In this document: in pieces, positions 1-8,901 of the stretch
Layout: every line of letters begins with the position of its first letter
Numbering within the stretch: the first letter of the stretch is position 1
NCBI GenBank assembly: GCA_964623775.1
Contig: CAZUVH010000003.1
Location: forward strand, 5,739 to 69,738
Reading direction: 5' to 3'
DNA: 64,000 nucleotides
Source: an uncultured Candidatus Saccharibacteria bacterium
GTDB taxonomy: Bacteria; Patescibacteriota; Minisyncoccia; Phycocordibacterales; UBA2100
The notes under the pieces: model-generated
What the model was told of the DNA's origin: nothing
Database searches by the model: none
What the model saw: only the letters and a program-made list of their open reading frames with translations
Made by a program: the position numbers and the translations under genes

Positions 1-2
1 AA

Positions 3-434
3 GTGGCTGCTGTTTCGCTCCAGATACACAGCATGCTCGGTGATGGCGCCGTGTCGGCCTATCGTGAATACGGTCGCACCCTCGGTTTTACCGATGATGG
101 AAAAGGCGCGCTGCTGCCGGAGTTGCGCAAATCGAAATCGACATTTCAGGAAGTCGAATTCGAGATTCCCGAGCCCGAAGCGTCTGTCGTGATTGACCGC
201 GTATCGCAGTTGCCGACTTGGGTAAAAAAGATCGCCCAGAAGATCATGGAGGGGGTCGATGCCGGAGATATTCCTGCGGCATGTAAGATCTCTGTCCAGC
301 GAATGAGCGGCATTATGAATCAGATATCATGTGCTGTCGGAATCATCCCCTCAGGTACTACAAACAAGGCAGCGAGGTGGAAGGCCGCCGAACAACGGCT
401 CCGCGCGCTCAACGCTTCAGATATTGAATTCTAA
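3..434 (+). CDS. hypothetical protein (possibly N-terminally incomplete at window edge)
   Basis: ORF reaching the window start; no recognisable motif in the translation. Confidence 0.3.
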   Translation: MAAVSLQIHSMLGDGAVSAYREYGRTLGFTDDGKGALLPELRKSKSTFQEVEFEIPEPEASVVIDRVSQLPTWVKKIAQKIMEGVDAGDIPAACKISVQRMSGIMNQISCAVGIIPSGTTNKAARWKAAEQRLRALNASDIEF

Positions 435-482
435 TATTGATCCCGGCAAAACTGCCGGGATCTTCCTTTTGAATAATCGAAA

Positions 483-2132
483 TCACGCGTGCGTGATCAT
501 GCTGCGCTCGATATCAGCGATTGTACCCCCTACTTTTTTGCCAGGATTCAATATATTGAGCGGATCAAATATCTTTTTCACCTCCGAAAATAGTTCCACC
601 ATCTTTTCTCCATACATAAGTGGAAGGTAGGGGGTGCGGACGATGCCGTCGTTGTGTTCACCGGTCGTCGAGCCATGGTATTTCGCGACGAGTGCGTAGA
701 TTTTTGGCTGGAGTTCAAGAATCTCTTTTCGCACCGACTCCTTGCTCAAGTCCATAAGCGGGATGATGTGAAAATTACCATCACCCACATGTCCGGCGAT
801 CGTATAGATGAGGTCGTGCGCATTGAGCATTGAGTTTATCTCGGGAATAAAACGCGGGTAATCATCGGGATGCACGACGATGTCATCGATAAAGGGCGCT
901 GCGTGGAGGCCGTGAAGATTCTTGCGCAAGAGTGAGAAACTCTCTCGGCGGATCGTCCAGTATTTTGCCGATTGCGTCTCGCTTCTCGCGATTTTGGTGC
1001 GCAGCGCAAGACCGTCGAGGCTCGCGCGAGCGGATTTTGCCTTTTCCCACGCCTCCTCTGCAGAATCCTCGGCGAATTCAGCCATGAGGACCAGCTTGGG
1101 GACACCGCCAGTCATCGCCATCCATACCTCCGGGATAAATGCGAAACCGAGTTTGATCATTTGTACGATTCCGAAGTGCCCGATGATTTGCGGGATGAAG
1201 CGGACGGCAAGCTTAAACGTCTGGTCGTCGTACGACTCGAATGATTCGGGAGCATGCTTGAGTACGCGGTGTACGATGTCGGGGAGAATTTCGAAGTCGG
1301 TAAGGAAAACGACGAGCATTGCGCGATGATCCTTGGTCTTCACGAGGCCGAGCTTCATCTTTGTGATGAGTGCGAGCGTACCCTGCGAGCCGGTGATGAG
1401 CTGCGAGAGGTCAAAGGTGCCGCGAGTTTTGTCGATGACATTCCAGAGCGCGTACCCGGCCGAATTCTTGGTCACGTTGGGGCGCGCGGCTTCTATCGCG
1501 GCGGCGTGCGTGTCGAGCAGGTCGTGCATCTCTCTATATATAGAGCCCTCCAGCGTCTGTTCCTTCTGTTTTTCTTCAAGTTCCTGCGCAGTCAGGGGCC
1601 GAAATGTGGCTTGAGAGCCATCAGAGAGTACGACGTCGAGTTCGCGCACGTAGCGATTGGTCTTGCCATACTGCAGCGTGAGTTCTCCGCCGGAATTATT
1701 GGAAACCATGCCGCCGATTGCGCAGAGATTGCGGGAAGCAGGGTAAGAGGGGATGATCTTGCCGCTTTTAGCGAGCGTCTCTTTTTCAAAATCGCGGTAG
1801 TACACACCCGGCTCGGCGATCGCGTAATCGCTGCCAACCTCGATGATGCGATTCATGTATTTCGTAAAAACGACTGAGACGCCGTTGGTGAGCGGTCCGC
1901 CGGTCATGTCGGTACCCGCTGAGCGCGCGGCGAGAGAGATGTCGGTACCGGATTGTTTTTCTACAGCGACCGCACGCACGACCGAGGACACGTCGTCTTT
2001 GTCCTTGGGAAAGACGACCATTGACGGTGTGCGCTCGAAAATACTCGTGTCGTGACTGTATTCCTTGAGTGTCTTCGCGTCATCAGTCACGTCGCCCTTT
2101 ATAAGCGTAGCAATCCGTTCGCGTAAATTCAT
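483..2132 (-). CDS. FAD-binding oxidoreductase, FAD-linked oxidase (GlcD / D-lactate dehydrogenase-like) family
   Basis: 549 aa. N-terminal PCMH-type FAD-binding pattern (…CAIGGMVSNNSGGELTLQYGKTNRYVRELDVVLSDG…) and C-terminal FAD-oxidase-C-like region ending …GEHNDGIVRTPYLP…FDPLNILNPGK. Confidence 0.8.
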   Translation of the reverse strand: MNLRERIATLIKGDVTDDAKTLKEYSHDTSIFERTPSMVVFPKDKDDVSSVVRAVAVEKQSGTDISLAARSAGTDMTGGPLTNGVSVVFTKYMNRIIEVGSDYAIAEPGVYYRDFEKETLAKSGKIIPSYPASRNLCAIGGMVSNNSGGELTLQYGKTNRYVRELDVVLSDGSQATFRPLTAQELEEKQKEQTLEGSIYREMHDLLDTHAAAIEAARPNVTKNSAGYALWNVIDKTRGTFDLSQLITGSQGTLALITKMKLGLVKTKDHRAMLVVFLTDFEILPDIVHRVLKHAPESFESYDDQTFKLAVRFIPQIIGHFGIVQMIKLGFAFIPEVWMAMTGGVPKLVLMAEFAEDSAEEAWEKAKSARASLDGLALRTKIARSETQSAKYWTIRRESFSLLRKNLHGLHAAPFIDDIVVHPDDYPRFIPEINSMLNAHDLIYTIAGHVGDGNFHIIPLMDLSKESVRKEILELQPKIYALVAKYHGSTTGEHNDGIVRTPYLPLMYGEKMVELFSEVKKIFDPLNILNPGKKVGGTIADIERSMITHA

Positions 2133-2160
2133 TCACAAAATTATAGCAGGGAAAAGAAAG

Positions 2161-2186
2161 AGGCCGCCCATATGCTCGGGCGGCCT
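2161..2186 (-). terminator. GC hairpin aggccgccc-atatgctc-gggcggcct, followed on the minus strand by CTTTCTTTTCCC
   Basis: Perfect 9-bp stem seen in sequence, immediately downstream of the minus-strand ORF 2206..2508. Confidence 0.55.
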
Positions 2187-2205
2187 TTAGTCTAAAGAGC
2201 AAAAA

Positions 2206-2508
2206 TCAAGGTTTGAGACCTGCCTCGATCATCAGAAGTCGGATTTCATCGACAGCAGCGCACGGAGAAATCTCGTCATCGTATCTACCCGTCATGTAAC
2301 TCGTGATTCCATCAATGATCGCATCGATCTCCTGTACCTTGAGATCGCTTCCTGTTGCGACCGTGCGCACCCATCCATCAATAAGGTCGCACACGTCCAC
2401 CTTGTTGCCATTCCAACTTTTCTCGAGTTGAATTTCGTACGTGTTGAGGGTGCGAGGCATGTGCCCAAGATACTTGTGGGGTGTTTCCAAGGTCGTGTCA
2501 TTGCTCAT
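2206..2508 (-). CDS. hypothetical protein
   Basis: 100-aa ORF with clean spacing to neighbours and a terminator downstream; no recognisable domain. Confidence 0.4.
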   Translation of the reverse strand: MSNDTTLETPHKYLGHMPRTLNTYEIQLEKSWNGNKVDVCDLIDGWVRTVATGSDLKVQEIDAIIDGITSYMTGRYDDEISPCAAVDEIRLLMIEAGLKP

Positions 2509-2565
2509 CGATACCTCCTTCTGGTGGAATCAAGGGGCCCGCGAAAATCTCGCGGGCCTCAAGAA

Positions 2566-3087
2566 CTAGTTGTGACTGTCGAGCGACATGCCGCGCGTAG
2601 CCGTGCGCGAATTGAGCTTGTTGGCGATCGGTGACTGGATGGCCGCCAAGAACAAAAGCATGGCGAATTCCGTCCTCGCGAAGAGAGCGAGTTGTGGGGT
2701 ACCTGCTACCCCGAGGGTAAACAAGATGATACCGACAATCAGGGTCCCGAGCATGAAGTTGCACTGGGTGGAGTTGTCGACACCAGGGTGGGTGACGCGC
2801 AGAAGTTCGGTCAGGAAGAGTGCGGCGGTTGCAGGATACAGAATATCGACTCCCGAAGCGACGAATGTTCCCGACGAGAAAATCTCACGTCGTAGATCGA
2901 CTTCAAAAAAAGCCAGACCCGCGTACAGAGCGATGAGGTATGCCGTGAAGGGCGTCCACTCCCGTGCTTTGCGGACGCAATACCAGCAACATCCGCCGAT
3001 AAATCCGCAGAAGCGCCGGAAACGCCCCTTCGTCGCGACCATCTCAGCTGCCACAACAGCTTCAGCCATCTGACCCTCACCAGGCAT
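2566..3087 (-). CDS. hypothetical membrane protein
   Basis: 173 aa with 3-4 hydrophobic helices (…LIALYAGLAFF…, …FMLGTLIVGIILFTLGVAG…). The overlapping plus-strand ORF is Arg/Lys-rich antisense-like. Confidence 0.35.
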   Translation of the reverse strand: MPGEGQMAEAVVAAEMVATKGRFRRFCGFIGGCCWYCVRKAREWTPFTAYLIALYAGLAFFEVDLRREIFSSGTFVASGVDILYPATAALFLTELLRVTHPGVDNSTQCNFMLGTLIVGIILFTLGVAGTPQLALFARTEFAMLLFLAAIQSPIANKLNSRTATRGMSLDSHN

Positions 3088-3159
3088 AGTAGACCTCCAA
3101 TGTTTGATTTACTCGCGCGATTTTGCATTGAAATCACCTCTAAGTCAAGCGCTCGATAT

Positions 3160-3188
3160 TTGTATTTTTATAGAAAGATGGTATAATC
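3160..3188 (+). promoter_or_regulatory. sigma70-like promoter: TTGTAT (-35), 16-17 bp spacer, extended -10 TGgTATAAT
   Basis: tgGTATAAT at 3179-3187, about 30 nt upstream of the AGAGGAG RBS and ATG 3217. Confidence 0.5.
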
Positions 3189-3216
3189 AATTCAGAAAAA
3201 CAGAGAGGAGCGACCA

Positions 3217-4020
3217 ATGCACTGGAAACGGTGGACGGTCACGCTTCTCGTGATCGTCGGAATCATTTTTGCAATCGATGTCGCGACTGATACGTATGCG
3301 ATCGGCGCGTCGTTTCAATTCGCGTGGCGAGTGACTCTCTTTGGGATTGCATGGATCACGCGGAGCGCCCTCGACATCCTTGCTCTCGTGCTCCGCAGGA
3401 GAGCGTGGCGTCTTGTCACGATGATTACACCGATCGGGTGGGGGTATCTCGGAAGTGTCTTTCTCTCGGAAGCGAGGCTCAAGCATGCAATCATCTGGCT
3501 CGATCATTGTCGCGGATTTCGTGAACATCTCCGCCTGTGGTGGCACCGCCTCCCGACGTGGAAGAAATTTGCGTTCGTCGCGTTTGTGATCACGATGCAA
3601 ATTATTCTTCTACCGACGATCTCGCAGTACATCATTCTTTTCCCTGTGAGCTTCATGGTGCCGGTCATTCGAGGTGCTGCACAGCGTCTCTATAGCTGGA
3701 TCACCGATATGTTTCTCGGAAAATTATATTGGAGTTACTGCGGCACTATGCACCGCCGGATCATGACGTGGGTACGCTCGCTGTGGCTTCTCAAGATCTG
3801 TCACGGCGCTATCCGTCTCGCGCGTCTTCAATATCTGACGGCGTGGAGACTGTGGATGTACGACGAGACATATCGCGACGAAGCCGGAGAATTGTGGATC
3901 AGCTTTCTGGAGCCGATACGGCTCTGGAGAAGCGGGTACCTCAATAAATACGTCGGCCGCCCGCTTTTTGCGGGACGCGCATCACACACTTCGGCGCCTA
4001 CTGCTCTTACAGCCACCTGA
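3217..4020 (+). CDS. hypothetical polytopic membrane protein
   Basis: 267 aa with multiple hydrophobic segments; good RBS (agaggag) 8 nt upstream; promoter upstream. Confidence 0.5.
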   Translation: MHWKRWTVTLLVIVGIIFAIDVATDTYAIGASFQFAWRVTLFGIAWITRSALDILALVLRRRAWRLVTMITPIGWGYLGSVFLSEARLKHAIIWLDHCRGFREHLRLWWHRLPTWKKFAFVAFVITMQIILLPTISQYIILFPVSFMVPVIRGAAQRLYSWITDMFLGKLYWSYCGTMHRRIMTWVRSLWLLKICHGAIRLARLQYLTAWRLWMYDETYRDEAGELWISFLEPIRLWRSGYLNKYVGRPLFAGRASHTSAPTALTAT

Positions 4021-4059
4021 TTCGAAGGAGTCGGGTGGTTTTCTTTAAATAAAATAAAA

Positions 4060-4079
4060 GAGCCGCATGTGCGCGGCTC
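4060..4079. terminator. bidirectional hairpin gagccgc-atgtgc-gcggctc between convergent genes, with an A-tract upstream and T-tract downstream
   Basis: aaataaaataaaa-GAGCCGCATGTGCGCGGCTC-ctttggg. The minus-strand reading gives the hairpin followed by TTTTATTTTATTT. Confidence 0.65.
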
Positions 4080-4087
4080 CTTTGGGA

Positions 4088-4642
4088 TTACAAAAGAACA
4101 AAACGATCCCTGATTTTAACTACGCCGTCGGTCAGTGCTTCGGCGCGAAGTCCTCCGATACCTGCAAAACGCTCCTTGAATCCTTTTCTCTTTGAGAGTG
4201 CAGATGGTCGATGGCAAGGATCGGCGAGTTCCACGCCACGGAACTGCACATCTCCGAATGAGAATCTTCTGCCGACAAGCTCGTTCAGATCCACCCCCCA
4301 CGTCACGAAGTTGCGACGCGTGTCTTTGCCGAGAAAAGGCGACAATTCTCCAGACCCGGTCATTGCTACGGCCACCGTCAAAATGGATTCGAACGCAATG
4401 AATGTTGCGTGCCGAATCTTCTCGGGCTTCACTTTTGAATACGCTCCAATTCCGAGCGCATATCGATCGCCAACAATTCCGACTCCGGCTTTCACTGTGA
4501 CTTCATGCTGACGGATCATCGGAGCACCAGCTTCGGGGCATGTGTAAATTTCACAGATACTTGGCGGAGTGGGTACGAGCTTAGGCATTCCACCTATCCT
4601 CATCCCGAGTGACATCGTTCCTTTTGAGGCAGACTTTTTCAT
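4088..4642 (-). CDS. MOSC domain-containing protein (YiiM-like)
   Basis: 184 aa. C-terminal …GVELADPCHRPS… resembles the conserved Pro-Cys motif of MOSC domains. …VGDRYALG… also fits the beta-barrel part. Confidence 0.55.
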   Translation of the reverse strand: MKKSASKGTMSLGMRIGGMPKLVPTPPSICEIYTCPEAGAPMIRQHEVTVKAGVGIVGDRYALGIGAYSKVKPEKIRHATFIAFESILTVAVAMTGSGELSPFLGKDTRRNFVTWGVDLNELVGRRFSFGDVQFRGVELADPCHRPSALSKRKGFKERFAGIGGLRAEALTDGVVKIRDRFVLL

Positions 4643-4710
4643 TTCGATCTCCTATCGTTCCTGAGAGTTTTTTATCACTTTTTGAAGCTGGTCACAATGA
4701 GCAGGTCAAA

Positions 4711-4745
4711 TCAACTTGACATATCCATGGATCGAACTAGCATAG
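4711..4745 (+). promoter_or_regulatory. promoter/operator of the XRE regulator gene: ACTTGACAT-ATCCATGGAT, TTGACA -35 plus an inverted repeat
   Basis: TTGACA at 4716-4721; ATCCATGGAT is a perfect palindrome. A near-identical ACTTGACAT-CCATG sits upstream of the thioredoxin gene (5353-5372). Confidence 0.4.
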
Positions 4746-4753
4746 CAGTAACC

Positions 4754-4966
4754 ATGATTGAATATGTTAAAAACTCTCTTCTGTCGTATCGAACGAAAAG
4801 CGGTATCACTCAGGAAGAGCTTGCAGAGCGTGTCGGCGTCAGTCGGCAGACGATCATTGCTATTGAAAAGGGGAATTACACCCCCTCGGTACTTCTCGCG
4901 CTCAAGATTGCACGCTGTTTCCGCGTGCCGTTAGAAGATATATTTAAAATATCGCATGAACGTTAA
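4754..4966 (+). CDS. XRE-family (Cro/C1-type HTH) transcriptional regulator
   Basis: …SGITQEELAERVGVSRQTIIAIEKGNYTPSVLLALKIARCF… is a classic HTH_3 signature. Start chosen at MIEYV (4754); the longer ORF from 4682 would overlap its own promoter. Confidence 0.75.
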   Translation: MIEYVKNSLLSYRTKSGITQEELAERVGVSRQTIIAIEKGNYTPSVLLALKIARCFRVPLEDIFKISHER

Positions 4967-5321
4967 CGTTACATTTCAAGTGATCAGTGCGCTCGCGCTC
5001 GTCGTGCTCGCGGTGCTCTTGGTGAATCCTTTTGCAATCTGGATGCCGACGATGATGCACATGCTGGTGCTCGGCATCGCGGTTGTCGTTTTCGGGATAT
5101 TTTGTGTATTTGCGCTTGCCGAGCGGACGGAAGACGAACGAGGGGAGACGCACAAAGCGCGTGCGGGCCGTGCAGCATTCTTGGCGGGCGGATCTGTTCT
5201 CATCGTTGGAATTATTCTACAGACGTTTGCCCATGCGCTTGATCCATGGCTCGTCGGCGCGCTCGTCGGGATGGTTGTGGCAAAAGTATTCTCTCGGCTC
5301 TACGATCATTGGTACTGCTAA
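4956..5321 (+). CDS. small membrane protein (2-3 TM), typical companion of XRE regulators
   Basis: 121 aa; hydrophobic helices; starts 11 nt before the XRE stop, suggesting a translationally coupled pair. Confidence 0.45.
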   Translation: MNVNVTFQVISALALVVLAVLLVNPFAIWMPTMMHMLVLGIAVVVFGIFCVFALAERTEDERGETHKARAGRAAFLAGGSVLIVGIILQTFAHALDPWLVGALVGMVVAKVFSRLYDHWYC

Positions 5322-5350
5322 GCACTTCGGTATCCACAGACGATGTAAAG

Positions 5351-5390
5351 TAGACTTGACATCCATGTCAGGTCTTTTAAACTTGATTCA
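5351..5390 (+). promoter_or_regulatory. promoter of the thioredoxin/DipZ operon with the same ACTTGACAT-CCATG motif as the XRE promoter
   Basis: TTGACA at 5356-5361, followed by GACATCCATGTC (inverted repeat GACAT..ATGTC) and an A/T-rich -10 region. Confidence 0.4.
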
Positions 5391-5410
5391 TTAGTTTAAA
5401 AAATTTCACT

Positions 5411-6013
5411 ATGAATTTGATTGCAATGGTACTTGGTCTGGTCGTTCTCCTCGGAGGCGGTTACTTTGTCGCACAAAAAAGCGGCGTTCTCTCCGGCGAC
5501 ACGATGCAGAAAGAATCAACGATCGGCGGGGCGATAGAAGATGCGATGGCAGCAAAAGACGCGATGATGAAAAAAAATGAAGCGACCGAAGCCGCGATGA
5601 TGCAAAAGGACGAGGGGATGACAGCAGGTGACGCCATGATGAAGGATGAGACGATGATGCAAAAGGACGACACAATGATGAAAGGCGAGGAGGGTGCAAT
5701 GATGAAATCTGGCTCGTACGAAACGTATTCACCGGAAAAAATGGCGGCAGCAAAGGGCAGGGTGCTTCTCTACTTCCACGCGGATTGGTGCCCGATCTGC
5801 CGCGGAATCGAAGCGGATATTAAAGCAAATCTCGGAAAGATCCCTGGCGACGTCACGATCCTCAAGGTCAATTACGACGCCGCGACTGATTTGAGACAGA
5901 AGTACGGTGTTACGTACCAGCACACGTTTGTACAAATAAATTCTGATGGGTCTCTCGTCAAAAAGTGGGGCGACAGTACGAGTCTCTCGGGAGCATTGAC
6001 CAAGGTACAATAA
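5411..6013 (+). CDS. membrane-anchored thioredoxin-like protein with a Met-rich repeat linker
   Basis: N-terminal TM helix. Six or more MMxK(D/E)-type repeats (AMMKKNEA, AMMQKDEG, AMMKDETMMQKDDTMMKGEEGAMMK). Trx fold with WCPIC active site (…YFHADWCPICRG…). Confidence 0.75.
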   Translation: MNLIAMVLGLVVLLGGGYFVAQKSGVLSGDTMQKESTIGGAIEDAMAAKDAMMKKNEATEAAMMQKDEGMTAGDAMMKDETMMQKDDTMMKGEEGAMMKSGSYETYSPEKMAAAKGRVLLYFHADWCPICRGIEADIKANLGKIPGDVTILKVNYDAATDLRQKYGVTYQHTFVQINSDGSLVKKWGDSTSLSGALTKVQ

Positions 6014-6097
6014 GAGTATGCAACTCTTTTTGCGTCTTCGCTCGGACAAAATGAATGCGAGCTTTCATTTTGAATCCTCGCTAGCCACAATAATTTC

Positions 6098-7936
6098 ATG
6101 ATCTTACTCCTGATTTCCTTCATTGCGGGCGTGCTCTCCGTCCTTGCGCCGTGCGTCCTGCCGCTTTTGCCGGTGATCGTGGGGCAATCGGTTACAGGTG
6201 AGCGGAGTCCGCGTCGTGCGATCGTAATCGTGGTCTCGCTCGGCCTCTCGATCGTTCTCTTCACACTGCTCCTCAAGGCGAGCACTGTGTTCATCAATGT
6301 TCCACCGAGCTTTTGGCTCTGGTTTTCCGGCGGTATTTTGATCACTTTTGGTATCGTGATGATGTTTCCGCGTCTCTGGGATTCTCTTGGAATCGTCGCT
6401 CTCGTCAATCGTAGTTCGAATCAGCTGCTCGCGACGGGATATCAGAAAAATTCTTTCTGGGGAGATGTCATTATGGGTGCGGCGCTTGGGCCTGTCTTTT
6501 CGAGTTGTAGCCCGACGTACTTCGTCGTACTTGCGACTGTTCTTCCCGCGTCATTTGCGATGGGGTTGCTCGATCTGATCGCATACGCAATTGGTCTTTC
6601 CGGATTTCTTCTCATTATCGCGCTCCTCGGGCAGCGGCTTGTCGACAAACTTGGGGTAACCATCGAGCCAACTGGATGGTTCCGCCGAGCGATTGGCATA
6701 CTATTTGTCGCGGTAGGTGTCGCTATACTGACCGGATTTGAGAAAAAGGCGGAAATATGGCTCCTCGATCATGGATTCGATATCACAAAAATTGAGCAAC
6801 GGCTCCTGGAAGCAAATCCTCCGAGAAACGAATCGCAAATGTGTGCAGCCGGTTTTTGCCCCGGCCAGGTAAGTGTCACAGAGCTTGCTACTACGACCGA
6901 GGAGATCATTGCCCCCGGGAAAGCTGTTGCCGACGCGAAAATCGCAATACAGGTCACAAAGAAAGCGGCGATGTACGCAAAGGCACCTGAGCTCGTCATG
7001 CCAAACGCTTATATAAATACAGACGGGAAACCAATCACGATTGGCGAATTTCTCGGCAAGAAAGTCGTGCTCATTGATATCTGGACATACAGCTGCATCA
7101 ACTGCCAGCGCACGCTCCCGTATCTCAAGGCATGGCATCAAAAGTACAAAGACCAAGGTCTCGTCATTATCGGCGTACACACACCAGAATTTGCATTCGA
7201 AAAGGTGCAGAAGAACGTGCAGGATGCGGCGATGGGTTTTGGACTCACATATCCGATCGTGCTCGACAATGAGTACAAGACCTGGAACGCATTTGGTAAC
7301 AATTACTGGCCGCGCAAATATCTTATCGATATCGACGGCTATATCGTGTATGACCACGCGGGAGAAGGGCAGTATGAGGAGGCGGAGGAGGCGATTCAGG
7401 CGGCGCTCGCCGAGCGTGCGAAGCGCCTCGGGGCCACTGATATGGCTGATGTAGGCATTACCGCACCGAGCGACGCTGTGGCCGTGCAGTACGGATTGGT
7501 CGGAAGTCCTGAGACGTACTTCGGCGCATGGCGGAATGATAATTTTGGAAACGGTACGCCAGGTCAAATAGGAATCCAGACGCTCACGCTTCCGCAATCA
7601 CTCGCACCCAATGCCTTTTATCTTGATGGTACCTGGAGTTTTGAGCGGGAATATGTGCAAAACGTCACACAGTCGGCGAAACTGCATTTCCGATACCAGT
7701 CAAAAGACGTGTACTTTGTCGCGAGCGCCGACAAGCCGGTCAGAATCAAAGTCACACGCGACGGCGGAAAATCGCTCGGTGCCGCACGAGGCGCGGATGT
7801 CGATCAAAATGGCTACGCGACGATCAATGAGGATCGACTTTACAAATTGATCGAAGATTCCGCGTATGGCGCGCACACGCTCGAGATAGAGGTGGAAGGG
7901 CAGGGGCTCAAAGCCTATACATTTACCTTTGGCTAA
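6098..7936 (+). CDS. DipZ-like thiol:disulfide interchange protein (CcdA/DsbD transmembrane domain fused to a TlpA/redoxin domain)
   Basis: 612 aa. N-terminal CcdA-like 6-TM domain with …LAPCVLPLLP… and a second Cys region (…FSSCSPT…). Then thioredoxin-like …IDIWTYSCINCQRTLPYL…GVHTPEF… and a C-terminal beta-rich domain. Confidence 0.85.
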   Translation: MILLLISFIAGVLSVLAPCVLPLLPVIVGQSVTGERSPRRAIVIVVSLGLSIVLFTLLLKASTVFINVPPSFWLWFSGGILITFGIVMMFPRLWDSLGIVALVNRSSNQLLATGYQKNSFWGDVIMGAALGPVFSSCSPTYFVVLATVLPASFAMGLLDLIAYAIGLSGFLLIIALLGQRLVDKLGVTIEPTGWFRRAIGILFVAVGVAILTGFEKKAEIWLLDHGFDITKIEQRLLEANPPRNESQMCAAGFCPGQVSVTELATTTEEIIAPGKAVADAKIAIQVTKKAAMYAKAPELVMPNAYINTDGKPITIGEFLGKKVVLIDIWTYSCINCQRTLPYLKAWHQKYKDQGLVIIGVHTPEFAFEKVQKNVQDAAMGFGLTYPIVLDNEYKTWNAFGNNYWPRKYLIDIDGYIVYDHAGEGQYEEAEEAIQAALAERAKRLGATDMADVGITAPSDAVAVQYGLVGSPETYFGAWRNDNFGNGTPGQIGIQTLTLPQSLAPNAFYLDGTWSFEREYVQNVTQSAKLHFRYQSKDVYFVASADKPVRIKVTRDGGKSLGAARGADVDQNGYATINEDRLYKLIEDSAYGAHTLEIEVEGQGLKAYTFTFG

Positions 7937-7941
7937 CAAAA

Positions 7942-7966
7942 AGCCGCCCGAGGATACGGGCGGCTC
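7942..7966. terminator. bidirectional terminator hairpin agccgcccg-aggatac-gggcggct
   Basis: aaaa-AGCCGCCCGAGGATACGGGCGGCT-caatatattttaaaaa between convergent genes. Confidence 0.65.
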
Positions 7967-8023
7967 AATATATTTTAAAAACAGTTGATTGGTGAGAAGG
8001 GGGTGAATGCCACCCCCTTCCAG

Positions 8024-8725
8024 CTACGGTTTCGAAAATTGTGAAACCGGGTTTTCAAGCGGATTGAATGCCACATATCCGATCACTGAATCACCCTCGA
8101 CCTTGAGTCGCTTGAGCACATGATGTCCCACGTTGAGGTCGCCACCGTGCTCGCCGAGCCAGGCGATGAATTCCCGGGCGAGAAGTTTGTGCACTTCTTT
8201 GCCCTCCTCGGTCGGCGGAATATTCAGCGACCCATCGAGGAGCTTGCGACCCTCTTTTGCAAACTCCTCGTCCTTAATGAGAACGAAAGACGGCAGCTTT
8301 GAGCTGCTGGCTGAATATGTCCGCAAAATGACGTACCGGAGGATGGAATCACCGTGCAGCGCCCTGATCTTGCCCAGATTCTTCGGGGACTGGACAGCAA
8401 TGCCGTACGCGTTGAGAGCTTCCTTGAGCTTGGCCACATATGCGGCCGACGGCTTGAAGCCGAGCGTGATCGGATTCTTGCGATCATTGTACGCCCGGTA
8501 GTGCAGCTCGAATTTCTCACGACATGTCGCGCAGGACCGCAGGTGATCGACTTTCGCAAGGAATTTTTCGTCGAATGCGGATTCATCCAGGCAGTTCATC
8601 GTTCTCTCGCCTGGAATCTGCTCTGGCAGCAGTCCGAGCTCCGCAGCGCGGTTTTCCATCGCGCGCTTTTCTTCTAGTGCGCGCATGGTCTGCGCGTCAG
8701 TCTTCGCTTTCCTTCGTCTGCTCAC
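8024..8725 (-). CDS. hypothetical protein (possible Cys-containing regulator)
   Basis: 233 aa; …HLRSCATCREKF… could be a small metal-binding motif; no clear family. Confidence 0.4.
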   Translation of the reverse strand: MSRRRKAKTDAQTMRALEEKRAMENRAAELGLLPEQIPGERTMNCLDESAFDEKFLAKVDHLRSCATCREKFELHYRAYNDRKNPITLGFKPSAAYVAKLKEALNAYGIAVQSPKNLGKIRALHGDSILRYVILRTYSASSSKLPSFVLIKDEEFAKEGRKLLDGSLNIPPTEEGKEVHKLLAREFIAWLGEHGGDLNVGHHVLKRLKVEGDSVIGYVAFNPLENPVSQFSKP

Positions 8726-8901
8726 AGTGGTCTCCTTTGAATGATCTGCGGTAAATAAACACGAATATCGGAAGAGTGCAATGTCTTTACTCTATATAAA
8801 AAATGTTGTCAAACGCGTATTTGGGTGGAAGAAAGATTAAAAAATTGCTAAATTGCGGCACTTTAGCTTTCATTAGTAATTCATTAATTTTTTGGGGTCC
8901 T

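Noticed and set aside
2588-3073. 161-aa plus-strand ORF overlapping the 2566..3087 minus-strand ORF
   Set aside because: Arg/Lys-rich with no hydrophobic core. The minus-strand frame encodes plausible TM helices and is preferred, though neither is strongly supported.
6701-7597. 298-aa minus-strand ORF
   Set aside because: Lies fully antisense to the well-supported DipZ-like gene. Cys/Arg/His-rich composition typical of antisense frames in GC-rich DNA; no motifs.
8803-8901. Upstream extension of the giant surface-protein ORF (ATG at 8803)
   Set aside because: The extension lacks signal-peptide character, while the Met at 8902 begins a textbook signal peptide. The sequence around 8790-8803 (tctatataaaaaATG) looks more like a -10 box than coding sequence.
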